Shown in pieces: positions 11,205 to 24,839 of a stretch of 64,000 nt of DNA (the first letter of the stretch is position 1; each line of letters starts with the position of its first letter). The notes beneath the pieces were generated by a model that saw only the letters and a program-made list of their open reading frames with translations, had not been told where the DNA came from and did not search any database. The stretch is from Octopus sinensis (Eukaryota). The position numbers were made by a program, and so were the translations under genes. The stretch spans positions 20,212,001 to 20,276,000 of the forward strand of contig NC_042999.1 in assembly GCF_006345805.1 (NCBI RefSeq). The letters are read 5' to 3'.

Positions 11205-12320
11205 TTGAAGTTCACCAAATACACGAATCCTTTCCAGAAAATCCTGTTTGATAAGATATCCAATGAAATCATGTCCTAATTTGCACATCCTAACGCATAC
11301 AACCACAAATATTTATTCTGAACCACCGAAGATTTACAATGACTTGATATGGAAGGAGTTAAACTCTATAAACATGCAAGCAAAAATGCTGTGGAGTGGA
11401 TTAATGACACTCACTTAGAAATCATCTCTAGTTTGGGTCTACTTATGGTGCAAAATCTCCCAATGCCCTCCTGAAGGACCATAAGTCTGAATATTTTAAC
11501 AAATCCTTCGAGTAGATTGATCTGCCCAACCAAATCTGATTTGGGTAGAAACAGTAAATATATTATCGATCGTATTATTCCCATCGTGAGGAAGCAGAGC
11601 AGAGCAGAGCTCAACAGAACGGAACGGAGGATAGGGCAACGCTACGCAACTAAACGCTACGCAACACAGCGCAACGCAAAGCAACACAACACAACGCAAA
11701 GCAAGGCAATGTAACGCAAGGCAAAGCAAAGCAACGCAATGATGCACAACACAGTGCAACGCAACGCAACGCAAGGCAACGCAAGGGAAGGCAACGCAAC
11801 TCAAAGCTAGGCAAGGCATCGCAAGGCAAGACAATGCAAGGCAGCACAACGTTATGCAACACATCACAACACAGCACAAGGCAAGGCAAGGCCAGGCAAC
11901 GCGAGGCTGCGTAACAGAGCGCAATGCAACGCAACGCAAAGCTAAGCAAGGCATCGCAAGGCAACGCAAGGCCTCGCAAGGCAACGCAAGGCGTCGCAAG
12001 GCAACGCAAGGCATCGCAAGGCAACGCAAGGCAAAGCTAAGCAAGGCATCGCAAGTCAAAGCAATGCAATGCAACGCTAAGCAATGCAATGCAAAGCGAC
12101 CAACTAAACGCTCAACTTGTCAATTATCTGAATTTCTTATTTCAACCTGGCAATCCTTATACTTTCTGCAGTTACTGAGCTGTCACCATGTAGTGCCTTA
12201 CTGGATTTTACCTCGGAAAAGGAACCCTCAGGAAGTAAAGATTTTATACAGTGAGATGAATTTGGACTATTTCCTACTACTACTTAAAATTTTTCTGAAA
12301 CGGCAGCAGATTTAGACTAA
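11205..12320 (+). pseudogene. Degenerate Neptune-type PLE: RT N-terminal piece and GIY-YIG C-terminal piece separated by a simple repeat
   Basis: LKDHK...SRLICPTKSDLGRNSKYIIDRI (11470-11590) resembles the PLE RT N-terminal region; QLVNYLN...PRK..QEVKILYS (12115-12260) resembles the GIY-YIG C-terminus. Confidence 0.55.
11597..12115. repeat. Degenerate pentanucleotide repeat (GCAAC/GCAAG/GCAAT)n
   Basis: Direct reading; source of the Cys/Leu/Ala-rich and Gln/Arg-rich spurious ORFs. Confidence 0.92.
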
Positions 12321-12954
12321 TAATTTCAATCACTTCTTTTAATTTATTTTCTACCTTCATGATACCCTTATATATTTTTTCTTTTTATATACTCATATTT
12401 CATTTTTTATGTCTATAATTTTATATTTCTATATGCTTCCCATGAAACTCTTAATACGTAAGTCGAGTCATTGACCGAGGTCTCATCATCAGTCACCCCC
12501 AATGGCACTCAGAGCGAGCTCTGATCGCCATAGTGCTGACTGTGGGTTCTTAGCAGTGGACATTCATACGATGGGCTTCTTTCAGTTTCCGTCTACCAAA
12601 TCCACTCACAAGGCTTTGGTCAGACCAAGCCTATAGTAAAAGACACTTGCCCAAGGTGCCACGCAGTGGGAATGAACCTGGAACCATGTGGTTGGTAAGC
12701 AAGCTACTTACCAAACAGCAATTCCTGCACCATGATAAATAACATTTTAAGATTTTTAAGGAACTCTAGACAATGCTATGAAACCAGTGACCATAACAGT
12801 AGCCAAGGTCATTGATAGCATAACTCTGTCCAGAGTCCATTATAACTCTTAATTCATACCACCATTATACTTATACTCATTACAAATGTATTGTATACAC
12901 TGTTATGTATATTTACACACATACATTTATATATCTTTCTTTCTTCTTTTTTTC

Positions 12955-13344
12955 TTCTTTTTACTTGTTTCAGTCATTTGACTGCAGCCTTGCTGGAGCA
13001 CTGCCTTTAATCGAGCAACTCGACCCTGGGACTTATTCTTTTGTAAACCCAGTACTTATTCTATCGGTCTCTTTTGCCGAACCGCTAAGTAATGGGGACA
13101 TAAACACACCCGCATCGATTGTCAAGCAATGCTAGGGGGACAAACACAGACACACAAACACACATATATATATACATATATACAACGGGCTTCTTTCAGT
13201 TTCCGTCTACCAAATCCACTCTCAAGGCTTTGGTCGGCCCGAGGCTATCGTAGAAGACACTTGCCCAAGGTCTCACGTGGTGGGACTGAACCCGGAACCA
13301 TGTGGTTGGTAAACAAGCTACTTACCACACAGCCACTCCTACGC
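12955..13344 (-). mobile_element. SINE family A, full length
   Basis: Complete reverse-complement copy. Confidence 0.9.
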
Positions 13345-13527
13345 CAAAGAGTGGGAGAAAGAGTGGTGAAAGAGTATAGCAGGGATCTCCCCCCCCCCTG
13401 CCGGAGCCTCGTGGATCTTTCTAGGTGTTTTCGCTCAATAAACACTCACAACGCCCGGTCTGGGAATCGAAACCGCAATCCTACGACCACGAGTCCGCTG
13501 CCCTAACCACTGGGCCATTGTGCCTCC
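13345..13527 (-). mobile_element. tRNA-headed SINE family D, 3'-truncated
   Basis: Head matches 53358-53450. Confidence 0.8.
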
Positions 13528-15116
13528 ACAATATATGGATGTAGGTTCCTTTGTGTGCAGGTATATGTCTATATGTTATATAAAAGACATCACTGCATCC
13601 AAGTTTAATCTTTCCAAGGATATTTCAGGTTTCCTTTTCAGCCCTCTATGATTCATTTGGAACAATAGCATTCGAAAACTGCATTATTCTATTATTGTTT
13701 AAAAACATTACCACCCTTATCATCAGAATAACAGGATGGTAATAATGGCCTGGTGTTCATTCACTATATACTAAGTTGTATAGTTTGATAAGAATACAGC
13801 TGTGACTGATAAAACCTCCATAACTGGATTTAAAAAATTATAAAACTATTAAGTCCTTTATACATTTCATTCTTTATTTTTCCTTTCAGTGTATCTGTGT
13901 GTTGACATTTTTTTGGTTGCATTTTGCTATTAACAATTCTTCTTCACACATTCTTCTTTTTTATTGCATTATTCTATATTACAAAATTTCAAAGTTTTCT
14001 CTCTGATTTATTTTGTGTGTTTAATTATTTTGTATTATTCTGGATACAGTAACAGAAATTACAAATGCAGTTTTGGTTAAATTGTATGCATACATCATGC
14101 AACAAAAGCACCTGTTATACTAAAGACAATCCTTCATAAGCTTCTCTTATCTCACAGAACTGAAATCTTCATTTGCTTCCCACATTGTAGTTTGTGTGTA
14201 CAAAAAATATAGCACACCTCCACTCACTACTGTAGTCTCATGTAGTTGGAAGAGATCTATAATCTAAATCATGTGAGTCACATGGTAACCACAGCAGTGC
14301 TGGTGCCATATAAAATCAACGCAGGGCACTCTGTAAAGGTTTTGGCATAAGGAAGGTATCCAGCTGTAGAAACCACTCAATGCAACCCTCCAATGTATCA
14401 GATTCTGTTAAACCATGCAGCTCATGTCAGCAGGAAAGATGGTTACAGATGATGATGATGTACCCATGCATATGTGTGCATGTGTGTGTGTGTGAGCATA
14501 TCTATATGTATATATAAATATAAATATATATGTATATATAAATACAGTGTAAATTTAAAAACATAAGAGGCATCCATCATAGGACTCCTTGCACGCTAGA
14601 GAGAACAGTTAAATTCCAAACCACCATAGGGATAAAATTTCAAAGGGAATGAAAAATAAAAACATTTATCATTTAACTCCTGAACCAACGGTTTCAGACT
14701 TGTTTTAGCAAATAAAATAATTTGCTAGGCGAAGTCTTCTTCAGTAGGTACACCTTAGATTAAATATATATACACGAGACAATCAAGTATATGCCCCGTT
14801 CTTATACATTCTAAATTTTCAAATCTACCATGCAAATGCAGCTTCATGTCGGCAGTAAATAAAAAATGCCGGCTTTTCAATTCGAAAATTATCCAGAAAA
14901 AATTTATCAATAATTAATAATATCAAGGGTAATAAGAAATATTAGAAATTTCCATTACCTGTGGCCTAGCGTGTAAAAAATTTAGTCAATAGACCATATA
15001 TTATTCAAATCAATACAGTGTACACTTAAATACATAAGAGGCATCCATCATAGGACTCCTTGCACGCTGAAGCAGACTTCGCCTAGCAAATTATTTTATT
15101 TGCTAAAATATTCTGC

Positions 15117-15149
<33 letters not shown>

Positions 15150-16793
15150 CATCTTAAGTCCTGGTAGGGTATAAAATTAGGGTGTTTCCAGAGAAGCACT
15201 TGATCTGATTTCTGGGCTATCAATACCCTTTGATTCCAAACTAATACTGAAAGTATAGAAAATCATGATTTTTACGCAAATTTTCACTTAAAATTTTTGC
15301 ATAAACTGACATTGAAAGCAGATTTTGTACAGAAACAATTGTAAGAAATGATTAAAGATGTGTTAAAGTATTTCTTTGTCTTCTTATTATTTGGATAGAT
15401 AGACAGACAGATAGATAGATAGATAGATTGATAGATAGAGAGAGAGAGAGAGCGAAATACATGTATATATGTGAGTGTGCAGATGTACGTGGGTATATAT
15501 ATATATATATATATATAAATATATATGTATTTGTGCCTATGTATGTGTATAAACTTTACATGTGTTCTATTACTTGCATGCACATACTCATGAATTTAAA
15601 AGATGTAGATTGGCTTTCGGATCTAAACCTGACAGATTACCAACATGATAAATTTATTCATTGAATTTTTCTTTAAAATTCAAATTCCCTTAAAGCCCCT
15701 TTTCTTTTATCATAAATACTTAGTGTGTGTGTGTGTGAGCGTATGCACATGTGTATTTGTGTATGTATGTATGTATGTCTTTTCCAGGTACTTTTTGATA
15801 TTTTTAAGATATATTTCAGTAACCATAATAGTGGTGATAGTGGTGGTGGTGGTGGTGGTGGTGATATGACTGTGATAGAGGAAGAGAGGCAAGAAGATAA
15901 CAACAATGATGAGTGTTGACGGCGGCGATGACAATGTGTGATGACGGTGATGACGATGACGATGAGTACCGATAAAGAAATTGGAATTCTCTCCCAAGGA
16001 ATAATATTAATCTTTAAAAGTTTTCAATATAAATTTTTAAAACCTTTCATCTAAAAATGCCTTTTTCTAGATATTATTAATAACCAACCATACTGTAGAA
16101 GATTAAGTTTTGGACTTCACTTAATAAACATAATTATATAGTGCTCCAAGCTTGAAATTTTTTCTTCTTCCACTTCTTCTTCTTATACATATTTTTCTCC
16201 TTTATTTCTCAACTGGATTTTTTTTCATGGCATTTCTGACAAAAGTGCCAAATTTGTTCAGTCAAAACACAATACATAGTGATGAAACATTCGCCAACAC
16301 ATTCATGTAGAACCACATACACGCACAATAATACCTGAGAAAAAATAGTACATCGATAATATCAATCAGGTCTTTTTAATATTCACGATATAATATATTA
16401 CATACATTAATTTTAAACTTTTTAAGTCTGTGCAGTATCATTTTAATTTATTATTTTACTATTTTATTATATATATATATTTTTTAAAATTCTGTATATG
16501 ATTGAATGATGAAATTTTTCCTTTCATACTATAGGTACACATATATGAATACATAATACAAACACACACACACACACGCACACACATAAACACACACATA
16601 TGTAATAAGCAGTTCTTTACAAACATCTACGTGGACTTTTCTATAAAGATGAGAGTAGTATCCGCATATATTAAGTATGATATAATACATGTGCATGTGT
16701 GTGTCTATATATATATGTATGTATATATATATGCGTGTGTGTGTGTATATATATATCTATATGCATATATGTTTGTATGTATGTATACACACT

Positions 16794-16840
<47 letters not shown>

Positions 16841-16842
16841 TG

Positions 16843-17075
16843 AGCATGGCCATTGCCAGTGCTGCCTGATTGGCCCTCATGCCGGTGGCACGTAAAAGCA
16901 TCCGCTACACTCTCGGAGTGGTTGGCATTAGGAAGGGCATCCAGCTGTAGAAACTCTGCCAAATCAAGATTGAAGCCTGGTGCAGCCATCTGGTTCGCCA
17001 GTGCTCAGTCAAATCGTCCAACCCATACTAGCTGGAAAGCAGACGTTAAACGACAACTACGATGATGATGATGAG
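16843..17075 (+). mobile_element. RTE 3'UTR fragment
   Basis: Ends GACGTTAAACG...GATGATGATG. Confidence 0.85.
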
Positions 17076-17715
17076 CGTTTTTACTTTTTAATGTTTCGTT
17101 TTTCCCTTTTATAAACTTCCATCTTTTCTATATGCTTTTTTTAACTTTTTGCATTTCTTCTCTCATCCAATTTTTAGTTCGTTATGATATGTTGTTTGTC
17201 TGATGAATATATTTGACATATTTCTCAACATATGAAACTATTAGTAGCACATAGAAATATATATTGTGTGTATTAAATTATATTTATATATACTCCTCAT
17301 TGTCGTCATCATCATCATCATCATTATCACTTACCATCTGTTTTCCATGCTGTCATGGGTTGGATGTTTTCACAAGGCTCAATAAAGTCGAGGGCCACAC
17401 CATGCTTCATTTTCTGTTTTGGTACCCGTTCTACAACTGGATGCCCCTCCTAAGGTCAACCACATTACAGAGTGTACTGCGTGCTTTTTACATGACACCA
17501 GTACTAATGCCTTTTATATATACAAGCAGAACCTATGGATATTTCACAGAATTGATAGTAAACCTATTGGGTTATTTCTGAAAACTTTATACAAAAAACC
17601 TGACAGCAGAGCTTGTGTTGTGTCTGCATGGAAAGGTGGTTGCTCATCTGCTACTCATTGAAAAGTGAAAGAAATTGGAATATGATGATTACTTAATACA
17701 CTTTATACTCTCTCT

Positions 17716-17937
17716 CTTTACTCTTTTACTTGTTTCAGTCATTTGACTGAAACAGTCATTTGTTTCAGTCATTTGACCTTTAGTTGAGCAGATCGACCCC
17801 AGGACTTATACTTTGCAAGCCTAGTACTTATTCTACCTGTCTCTTTTGCCGAACCGCTAAGTTACGGGAACGTAAACACACCAGCATTGGTTGTCAAACG
17901 ATGTTGTGGGGACAAACACACACACAAACATACACAT

Positions 17938-17976
<39 letters not shown>

Positions 17977-18141
17977 TATATATGAGAGGCTTCTTTTCAG
18001 TTTCCGTCTACCATATCCACTCACAAGGCTTTGATCGGCCCAAGGCTATAGTAGAAGATACTTGCCCAAGGTGCCATGCAATGGGACTGAACCCAGAACC
18101 ATGTGGTTCATAAGCAAGCGACTTACCAGACAGCCACTCCC
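17716..18141 (-). mobile_element. SINE family A
   Basis: Full reverse-complement copy. Confidence 0.88.
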
Positions 18142-18709
18142 TTAAAATATACACTTTATATACTTCATGTGGAATTTTGTAGACTTAATACCCATAAAAT
18201 TAATATTCATAAAATTCACTCTTATTTTTCCATTTCCCCCATAAAGAAACAAAATATATCCTGTACATATGATACAACCTTCAGTTAAATTACATATATA
18301 TATGCCGTGTAAATAAGCTTGAATATTTCATGGAACTGCTCTTATGTGCATATGTTAAGCAACGGGTGATGTAAAAAACTTAGATTGATTTTAAAAATAC
18401 ACTTTTCACTATCTAATCACCACCACCACCATCATCTCTTGCTCCCTCCCTGTTATCTCCTCCTTTTTCACCTTATCCTCTTTTTCTCTCTCTTTTTCTT
18501 TGTCCTCTCTTACCTATCAACTAATCATGTGAAAGTACCCTACATCATTGACACTTCACTCTCGCTCATTTCTCCCTCCCACTATTCTCTCCACTTCTTT
18601 TCTTTCTCCCTCTTTTTTTTAATCATACGAAGGTGTTACCAACGGGCTAAGTAATGCAATGACAAGCAGAATCATTATAAGATATAGCTAGAAACACTCA
18701 CATATGTAT

Positions 18710-19325
18710 GTGTGGTGGCATGTGAAAAGCACCATTCAAGCGTGATCATTGCCAGAGTCACCTTATCGGCACATGTGCCGGTGGCACGGGAAAAACATTC
18801 AAGCGTGGTCATTGCCAATACTTCCAACTGGCTTCTATGCAGGTAGAACATAAAAAACACATTTTGAGTGTGGTTGTTGCTAGTACCACCTGACTGGCCC
18901 TTGTGCCAGTGTCATGTAAAAGCATCCACTACACTCTCGGAGTGGTTGGCATTAGGAAGGGCATCCAGGTGTAGAAACTTTGCCAGATCAGATTGAGCCT
19001 GGTGCAGCCTCTGGCTCACCAGCCCTCAGTCAAACCGTCCAACCCATGCCAGCATGAAAAGCAAACGTTAAACATTGATGATGATTTATATATACTGTTA
19101 TCATGTAAGTTGGCACATAAACACACCCCAGTGTCATGCAAATGGCACTCAAGCTGGTGGCACGTAAAAGCGCCCATTACACTCTCAGAGTAGTTGGTTT
19201 TAGGAAGGGCATCCAGCCATAGAGAACATTCCAAATCAGACTGGAGTCTGGTGCAGCCTTCCAGTTACCAGCCGTGGTCAAACAATCCACCCTATGCCAG
19301 CATGGACAATAGAATCAAATGATAC
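18710..19325 (+). mobile_element. Two adjacent RTE 3'UTR fragments
   Basis: Two AGGAAGGGCATCCAGC...CCAGCATGG tails. Confidence 0.82.
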
Positions 19326-19359
19326 ATACACACATACATACATACATACATAATCAATC

Positions 19360-19712
19360 AATCAATGCTGTTATCGTGCAATGCCTGTGCAAGAAGATTG
19401 TTTTTTAAGTGGGGAAAGGTTGTGCACTGAGTCAATCCCACTCACTAAGCAACAGCAGCCACAATCCGAAAAGAAGAACAAGTCAACATCATCGGTAACC
19501 ACTGAGCCGCAGGTTTCATGTCGGAGTTATCCCAGTTACCTGAGTTACCTTCTCCTAGAAGGATGCCCTAACAAAGGCTAGGAGTCCTTCACTCCCAATG
19601 GTGTAATTGCGCGATCGGGTATTCAGTCCGATTATTTCTATGTCACCGCGCATGATACAGCCTTAAGACATTTATTGGATGGCTGTTGACTCTCAAGAGT
19701 TCCTCCTCCCTT
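19360..19712 (-). mobile_element. Probable LINE (RTE-like) 5'UTR fragment
   Basis: Minus-strand GGGCATCCTTCTAGGAGAAGGTAACTC resembles RTE 5'UTR motifs as recalled; GC-richer and non-coding. Confidence 0.45.
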
Positions 19713-20349
19713 ACATACATACATACATACATACATACACATTCACACAAAGAATCAGCCTCTTTGAGTTTCCACCAGCAACAACTACTCTCAAAACTTT
19801 GGTTGGCGCTAGGCCATAGTAAAGGCCACTTGCCAATCCTTTAAACCTTTAATATTCTGATTTCAAATCCTGCGATTGTTGAATTTTGCTTCATGCATTT
19901 TGAGTCAGGACGAGTAGTATTAATAGCTGACTGAGTGATAACATAATTTGATGAACAAAAATATTTCAATTAATTGAAATGACGTTTGCAGTGACGAAAA
20001 TGAAACGTATATGCAAAGACGAATGTTAATCAAACTTGATCAACACAAGAGGTGGCAAATCTGAAATTTTAATTAACAGAAGAAATGGAAGTATTAACTG
20101 AAGGACTAATATTAATTTAATATGTAATTTTCTCCATGATTAATATGCGGTTGTTGGTTTGTGTCTAAGGTAAAATTTGGAATTCAGGTTGGCAGCATTA
20201 ATGAAAGTTAATCCGTAAAAAGTTCGTTGTCTGTGCGTTAAGAATCATGCTTTGCAATACCTTGGTTTACAGGTTCAATTCCATTGCTTGCATGATGTTG
20301 ATGTTGACTTACAATCATCGTGATGTCAGGACAGGGGTATAAACAAACA

Positions 20350-20371
20350 CCTATCTATCTATGTATCTATG

Positions 20372-20440
<69 letters not shown>

Positions 20441-20640
20441 ATCAATCTCTCTCTCTATCAATCTCTCTCTCTATCAATCTCTCTCTCTCTATCAATCTCC
20501 CTCTCTATCAATCTCTCTCTCTCTCTCTATCTCTATCTCTCTATCTCTCTCTATCTATCTCTCTCTCTATCTTTCTATCTCTATCTCTCTATCTCTATCG
20601 CTCTCTCTCTCTCTCTTTATCTATCTATCTATCTATATGC
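20350..20640. repeat. (CTAT)n/(CT)n microsatellite
   Basis: Direct reading. Confidence 0.97.
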
Positions 20641-20644
20641 ATAT

Positions 20645-20997
20645 AAAAAAGGACCATTTAAGCATGGTCGTTACCAGCATCGCCTTACTGGCACATGAAA
20701 AAGCATTCGAGTGAGGTCATTGCCAGTGCTGCTGAACTGGCTCATGTGCAGGTGGCACGTAAAGACACCATTTGAGTGTGGTCGTTGCCAGTATCGCCAG
20801 ACTGGCCCTAGTGACGGAGGCATATAAAAGCACCCACTGCACTCTCAGAGTGGTTGGCATTAGGAAGAACTTCCAGCTGTAGAAACTCTGCCAGATCAGA
20901 TTTGAACCTGGTGTAGCCATCTGGTTCACCAGACCTCAGTCAAATAGTCCAACCCATGCTAGCATGGACAGCAAACATTAAATGATGATGATGATAT

Positions 20998-21038
<41 letters not shown>

Positions 21039-21415
21039 CATGCACATATATATACACATGCATATATACACATATTCATATATAGTCCCGTGTCAGGGGC
21101 ACATATAAAGCAGCATTTGAGCCTGGTCATTGCCAGTGCCACCTGACTGACTCCCATGCTGGTGGCACATAAAAAGCACCATTCAAGTGTGATTGATGCC
21201 AGTAATGCCTGACTGGACCTCATGCCGGTGGCACGTAAAAAGCACCCAGTACACTCTCAGAGTAGTTGGCATTAGGAAGGGCATCCAGCTGTAGAAACCA
21301 TTCCAAAATAGACTAGAGATAGGTGCAGCCTTGCAGCTTGCCAGGCCTGGTCAAATCGTCCAACTAATGCTAGTATGGACAACAGACTTTAAATGATGAT
21401 GATGATGATGATGTT
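20645..21415 (+). mobile_element. Two RTE 3'UTR fragments separated by (TA)n
   Basis: Tails ending in (GAT)n at about 20995 and 21415. Confidence 0.82.
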
Positions 21416-21421
21416 ATATCT

Positions 21422-21468
<47 letters not shown>

Positions 21469-21469
<1 letters not shown>

Positions 21470-23105
21470 TAGCAGAGATAACCAGCGTTGCCCGTGTTAC
21501 ATACAATTGAAGAATTAGTCTTTTCTGTTATATTTTCTCTAATGAACTGGAATATCTATGTTTTCGAATTTCATCAAAATTGCTGATGAGGGTTATTTCC
21601 CTCTTTACACACCCAAACCAAAATTGTAATCGTGCCACATATATCCAATACTACTGATTTTTATGCGCATATTCCAAAATTCCAGTCTTGTTGAATCAGT
21701 TAAAAGGATTTTGCTCCTGAAAAATGGATGTCATGGAGCTCTAAAATGTGAGAGTTAATTGGGGGTGGGCATCTTAATGTCAACCAGAAAAATTGAATTG
21801 TTGAGAATATTTTTTTACTTGGGTCTATGTTCACTGGGTTTGTAAAAGAGAGCAAAGCTACAGGAAACCAAAAGAAGAATGATCACAATAAGCAGACAGC
21901 TACAGTACCCTAGACGTTACCACTTCCAATGTAGTATTTGTCATCATCCAGGTGACAGGCACAGCCGTAAGATTCATTACGAATCTATAGCAATTGGAAG
22001 GGCGTGACCCAACTGAAATAAACATTAATAACTGTATGACGTGAGGGCTAAGGAGAAATGAAAGTTGGAGTTTGCAAATGACCACTATACTGATACGTAA
22101 CTGGACAGAATAAATATGCAATCTATAAATGTCTTTGCATAACCAGTCACTCATCTGGGAAGGCCTTAAAATCAATGTTACGATGTGGGGACTATGTGTG
22201 AACAAGTGATAAAAAAAAGACTGAAAGTAGATCTGCAATCAAATAACTTTACTCAACACTTTGCAACTGAATCAGTGGAGGCAAAGATGCCTCTCAATTA
22301 CTTGACAATTTATGCAGCACATTGCAAGAATCACAATCTAAGTGTATGTCAAAGCAAACTCTTACACTGTTGTACCATTGAATTACAAATAATGCGCATC
22401 TTCTATGCTCGGATGACCCCACAGCTTCCAAGAGTACAACTATTCGTTTTTGATTAGATAAAATGAGAAAATTGTGGGTGTTAAGTCGCCATGACGGGGT
22501 TCTTCTAACTTGTAAGACGATGAAATTTTATAGATATTATTACTTCATTTGTATCTAATATCGATGGTTAAACTTTCTTCAAAAGCAAAATATATATGAA
22601 TTGTCATATGTGTTGTGGCCCTTATGCATAGAATATAACTTCCACATTTCGTAAAGATCCATTCAGTACTTTTGACTTAGTTTTGGATCATAAAAGAAAT
22701 GACTAAAATTTGGGAGTTAAGGCTCCTATTAGGGTGTCTTAGAATCCTCATATGAAGTGGAAACTTTGAGAATACTTCTTGATGTGTGCCAATTACCCAT
22801 GGTTGATGTTTCTTCAACATCGAAAATTTATGAATTTTCATGGAGGGTTCTGCCCCCCTTTAAGCCATCTGAAATTCAAACCAAATATATTGCATTATAC
22901 CCGCCCTTATTCATTGAATCTAAGTTTCAAATATCATAAGAATCCATTCAGTAATTTTGGTCCATGAAATTGTATGAAACACACAGCATTAACCTTCTCC
23001 CTGGGCTTCAATTTTGTGTTCCAAATTTCATTATGATCGGTGCAGCAGTTTTCGAATGTATAAGTAATACACAAACACAAAAACAATGTCTTTGATATAA
23101 TAAAT
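21469..23105 (-). mobile_element. Helitron-like element, boundaries tentative
   Basis: A|CTAGCAGAGATAACCAGCGTTGCCCG at 21468 resembles the 3' ends at 6340-6362 and 47202; 5'-end-like sequence near 23050-23105. Confidence 0.5.
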
Positions 23106-23135
23106 ATGAATGTACACATATACATACATGTATAT

Positions 23136-23169
<34 letters not shown>

Positions 23170-23291
23170 AAAGTAATACTAAGCAATAAGGGTTTAGCAA
23201 CGAATTGCCTTACCACATACCGAATTTAGAAATAGCAGTCAAAGGGTTATAGCTATTTCTTCTACTAAAAAGGGAGATCTCAGTAAAAACA

Positions 23292-23329
<38 letters not shown>

Positions 23330-23771
23330 GTGTGTGTGTGTGTGTGCGTGTGTGTGTGTGTGTATAATATATATATATACACACACACACAAAGATAAAT
23401 TGATAGATACAACTGAGTGGGCGAACAAAGATACGAGATACTGCGTAGTGCTTTTTTATATTTTGATAAGCCTGGTACTTATTCTATCAGTTTCTTCTTG
23501 TGAAACCAGTAAGTTATGGGGATGTAAATAAACGAACACCAGTTGTGAAGCAGTGATGAGGGAGAAACGCAAGGACACACACGTAGACTTACATATATAC
23601 ATATATATATACGATTGATTTCTTTCAGTTTCTGTCTACAAAATCCACTGACAAGGCTTTGGTTGGTCTGAGGCTATAGCAGAAGACAAATGCCAAGTCA
23701 CCAAACAGTGGGACTGAACTGAGGACCATGTGTTTTCGAATGAAGTTTGTTACCACAGAGCCACACCTGCA

Positions 23772-23811
<40 letters not shown>

Positions 23812-24299
23812 TATGGGTGTATATATGTATGCATGCATATATATGAATATATATATGTGTACATATTACATGTACATCTATATATATATCTACACATATA
23901 CATGTATACCTATACATCTTTATGTATAGAAATAAATGTATACATATATAGCTATACACACACACACGCATGCATATATAGGTGCAGGTGTGGCTGTATG
24001 GTAACAAACTATGTTCCAAAACGCATGGCCCTGGGTTTAAATTTAAATTAAAAATAATAAGGGTGAGAAATTGAATATCAATTTGATTAATATGAATTGA
24101 AAACCAGTGGTGTAGCATATAAGACCATAGCGGATCTTCTAGCTAAATGGATGTCCACTGTTAATGGTTCATCCCTCTTATATAATAGTTTGACTTTAAT
24201 AGTTTCAGTATTAAAGTGAAAGTATCTGACATTACAATAGAGAGATGTTTTTGTTTCACGTTTAACACGTAATACTGAAATAGTGGAGAAGATATGATA

Positions 24300-24456
24300 T
24301 TGTAGGCAATAAGTAAGAAGTTTTTTTGCCCATGACACTTCATGGACCCTAAGTAAGGCATGTGTAAAATTTGAATGAAATTGGTTGTGTAGTTCTCAAG
24401 TTTTAGGGATTCACACAGACAGACAGACACACATTCTCAGTTTTATATATATAGAT
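24300..24456 (-). mobile_element. Helitron-like 5' terminal fragment
   Basis: Minus strand ATCTATATATATAAAACTGAGAATGTGTGTCTGTCTG, similar to the starts at 5972 and 47598. Confidence 0.55.
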
Positions 24457-24626
24457 ATATATTATTTTTTTACGCTTTTCAGTTATTTGACTGTGGCCAT
24501 GCTGTAGATGTATATAATATGCAGACATATTTTTCTTTTTGTTCATTTAAAAAATAAACAAGCATGTGTACTTTTTTTTGTTAATTTGAGAAGCAGAGAT
24601 GAGTGATAATTCTATAAATAATAATA

Positions 24627-24795
24627 TTCATTATTTACATTATTTACATTTGATGGATATTTGTCCTCATCTTGTTTGTTGTTAACACAACATTTCATCA
24701 GGTGTCTTGGGGAAATTTTGAACCTGGGTTCTCATTCCTAAGGTATTTTTCAATGTTTCTATCATCATCATCATTATTATTATTTTTTATTATTA

Positions 24796-24839
<44 letters not shown>

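Noticed and set aside
12178-12260. Apparent plus-strand exon with a good acceptor (tactttctgcag)
   Set aside because: Better explained as the GIY-YIG C-terminal remnant of the adjacent PLE.
11496-12315. 197-aa Cys/Leu/Ala-rich ORF and opposite-strand Gln/Arg-rich ORFs (metallothionein- or keratin-like at first glance)
   Set aside because: Product of a pentanucleotide repeat that is open on both strands; no splice or start context.
16200-16335. Cys-rich minus-strand segment (YYCA...CVGECF) suggesting a piggyBac C-terminal domain or an exon
   Set aside because: Needs a frameshift, no other transposase motifs or TIRs nearby, and all frames stop soon after the acceptor.
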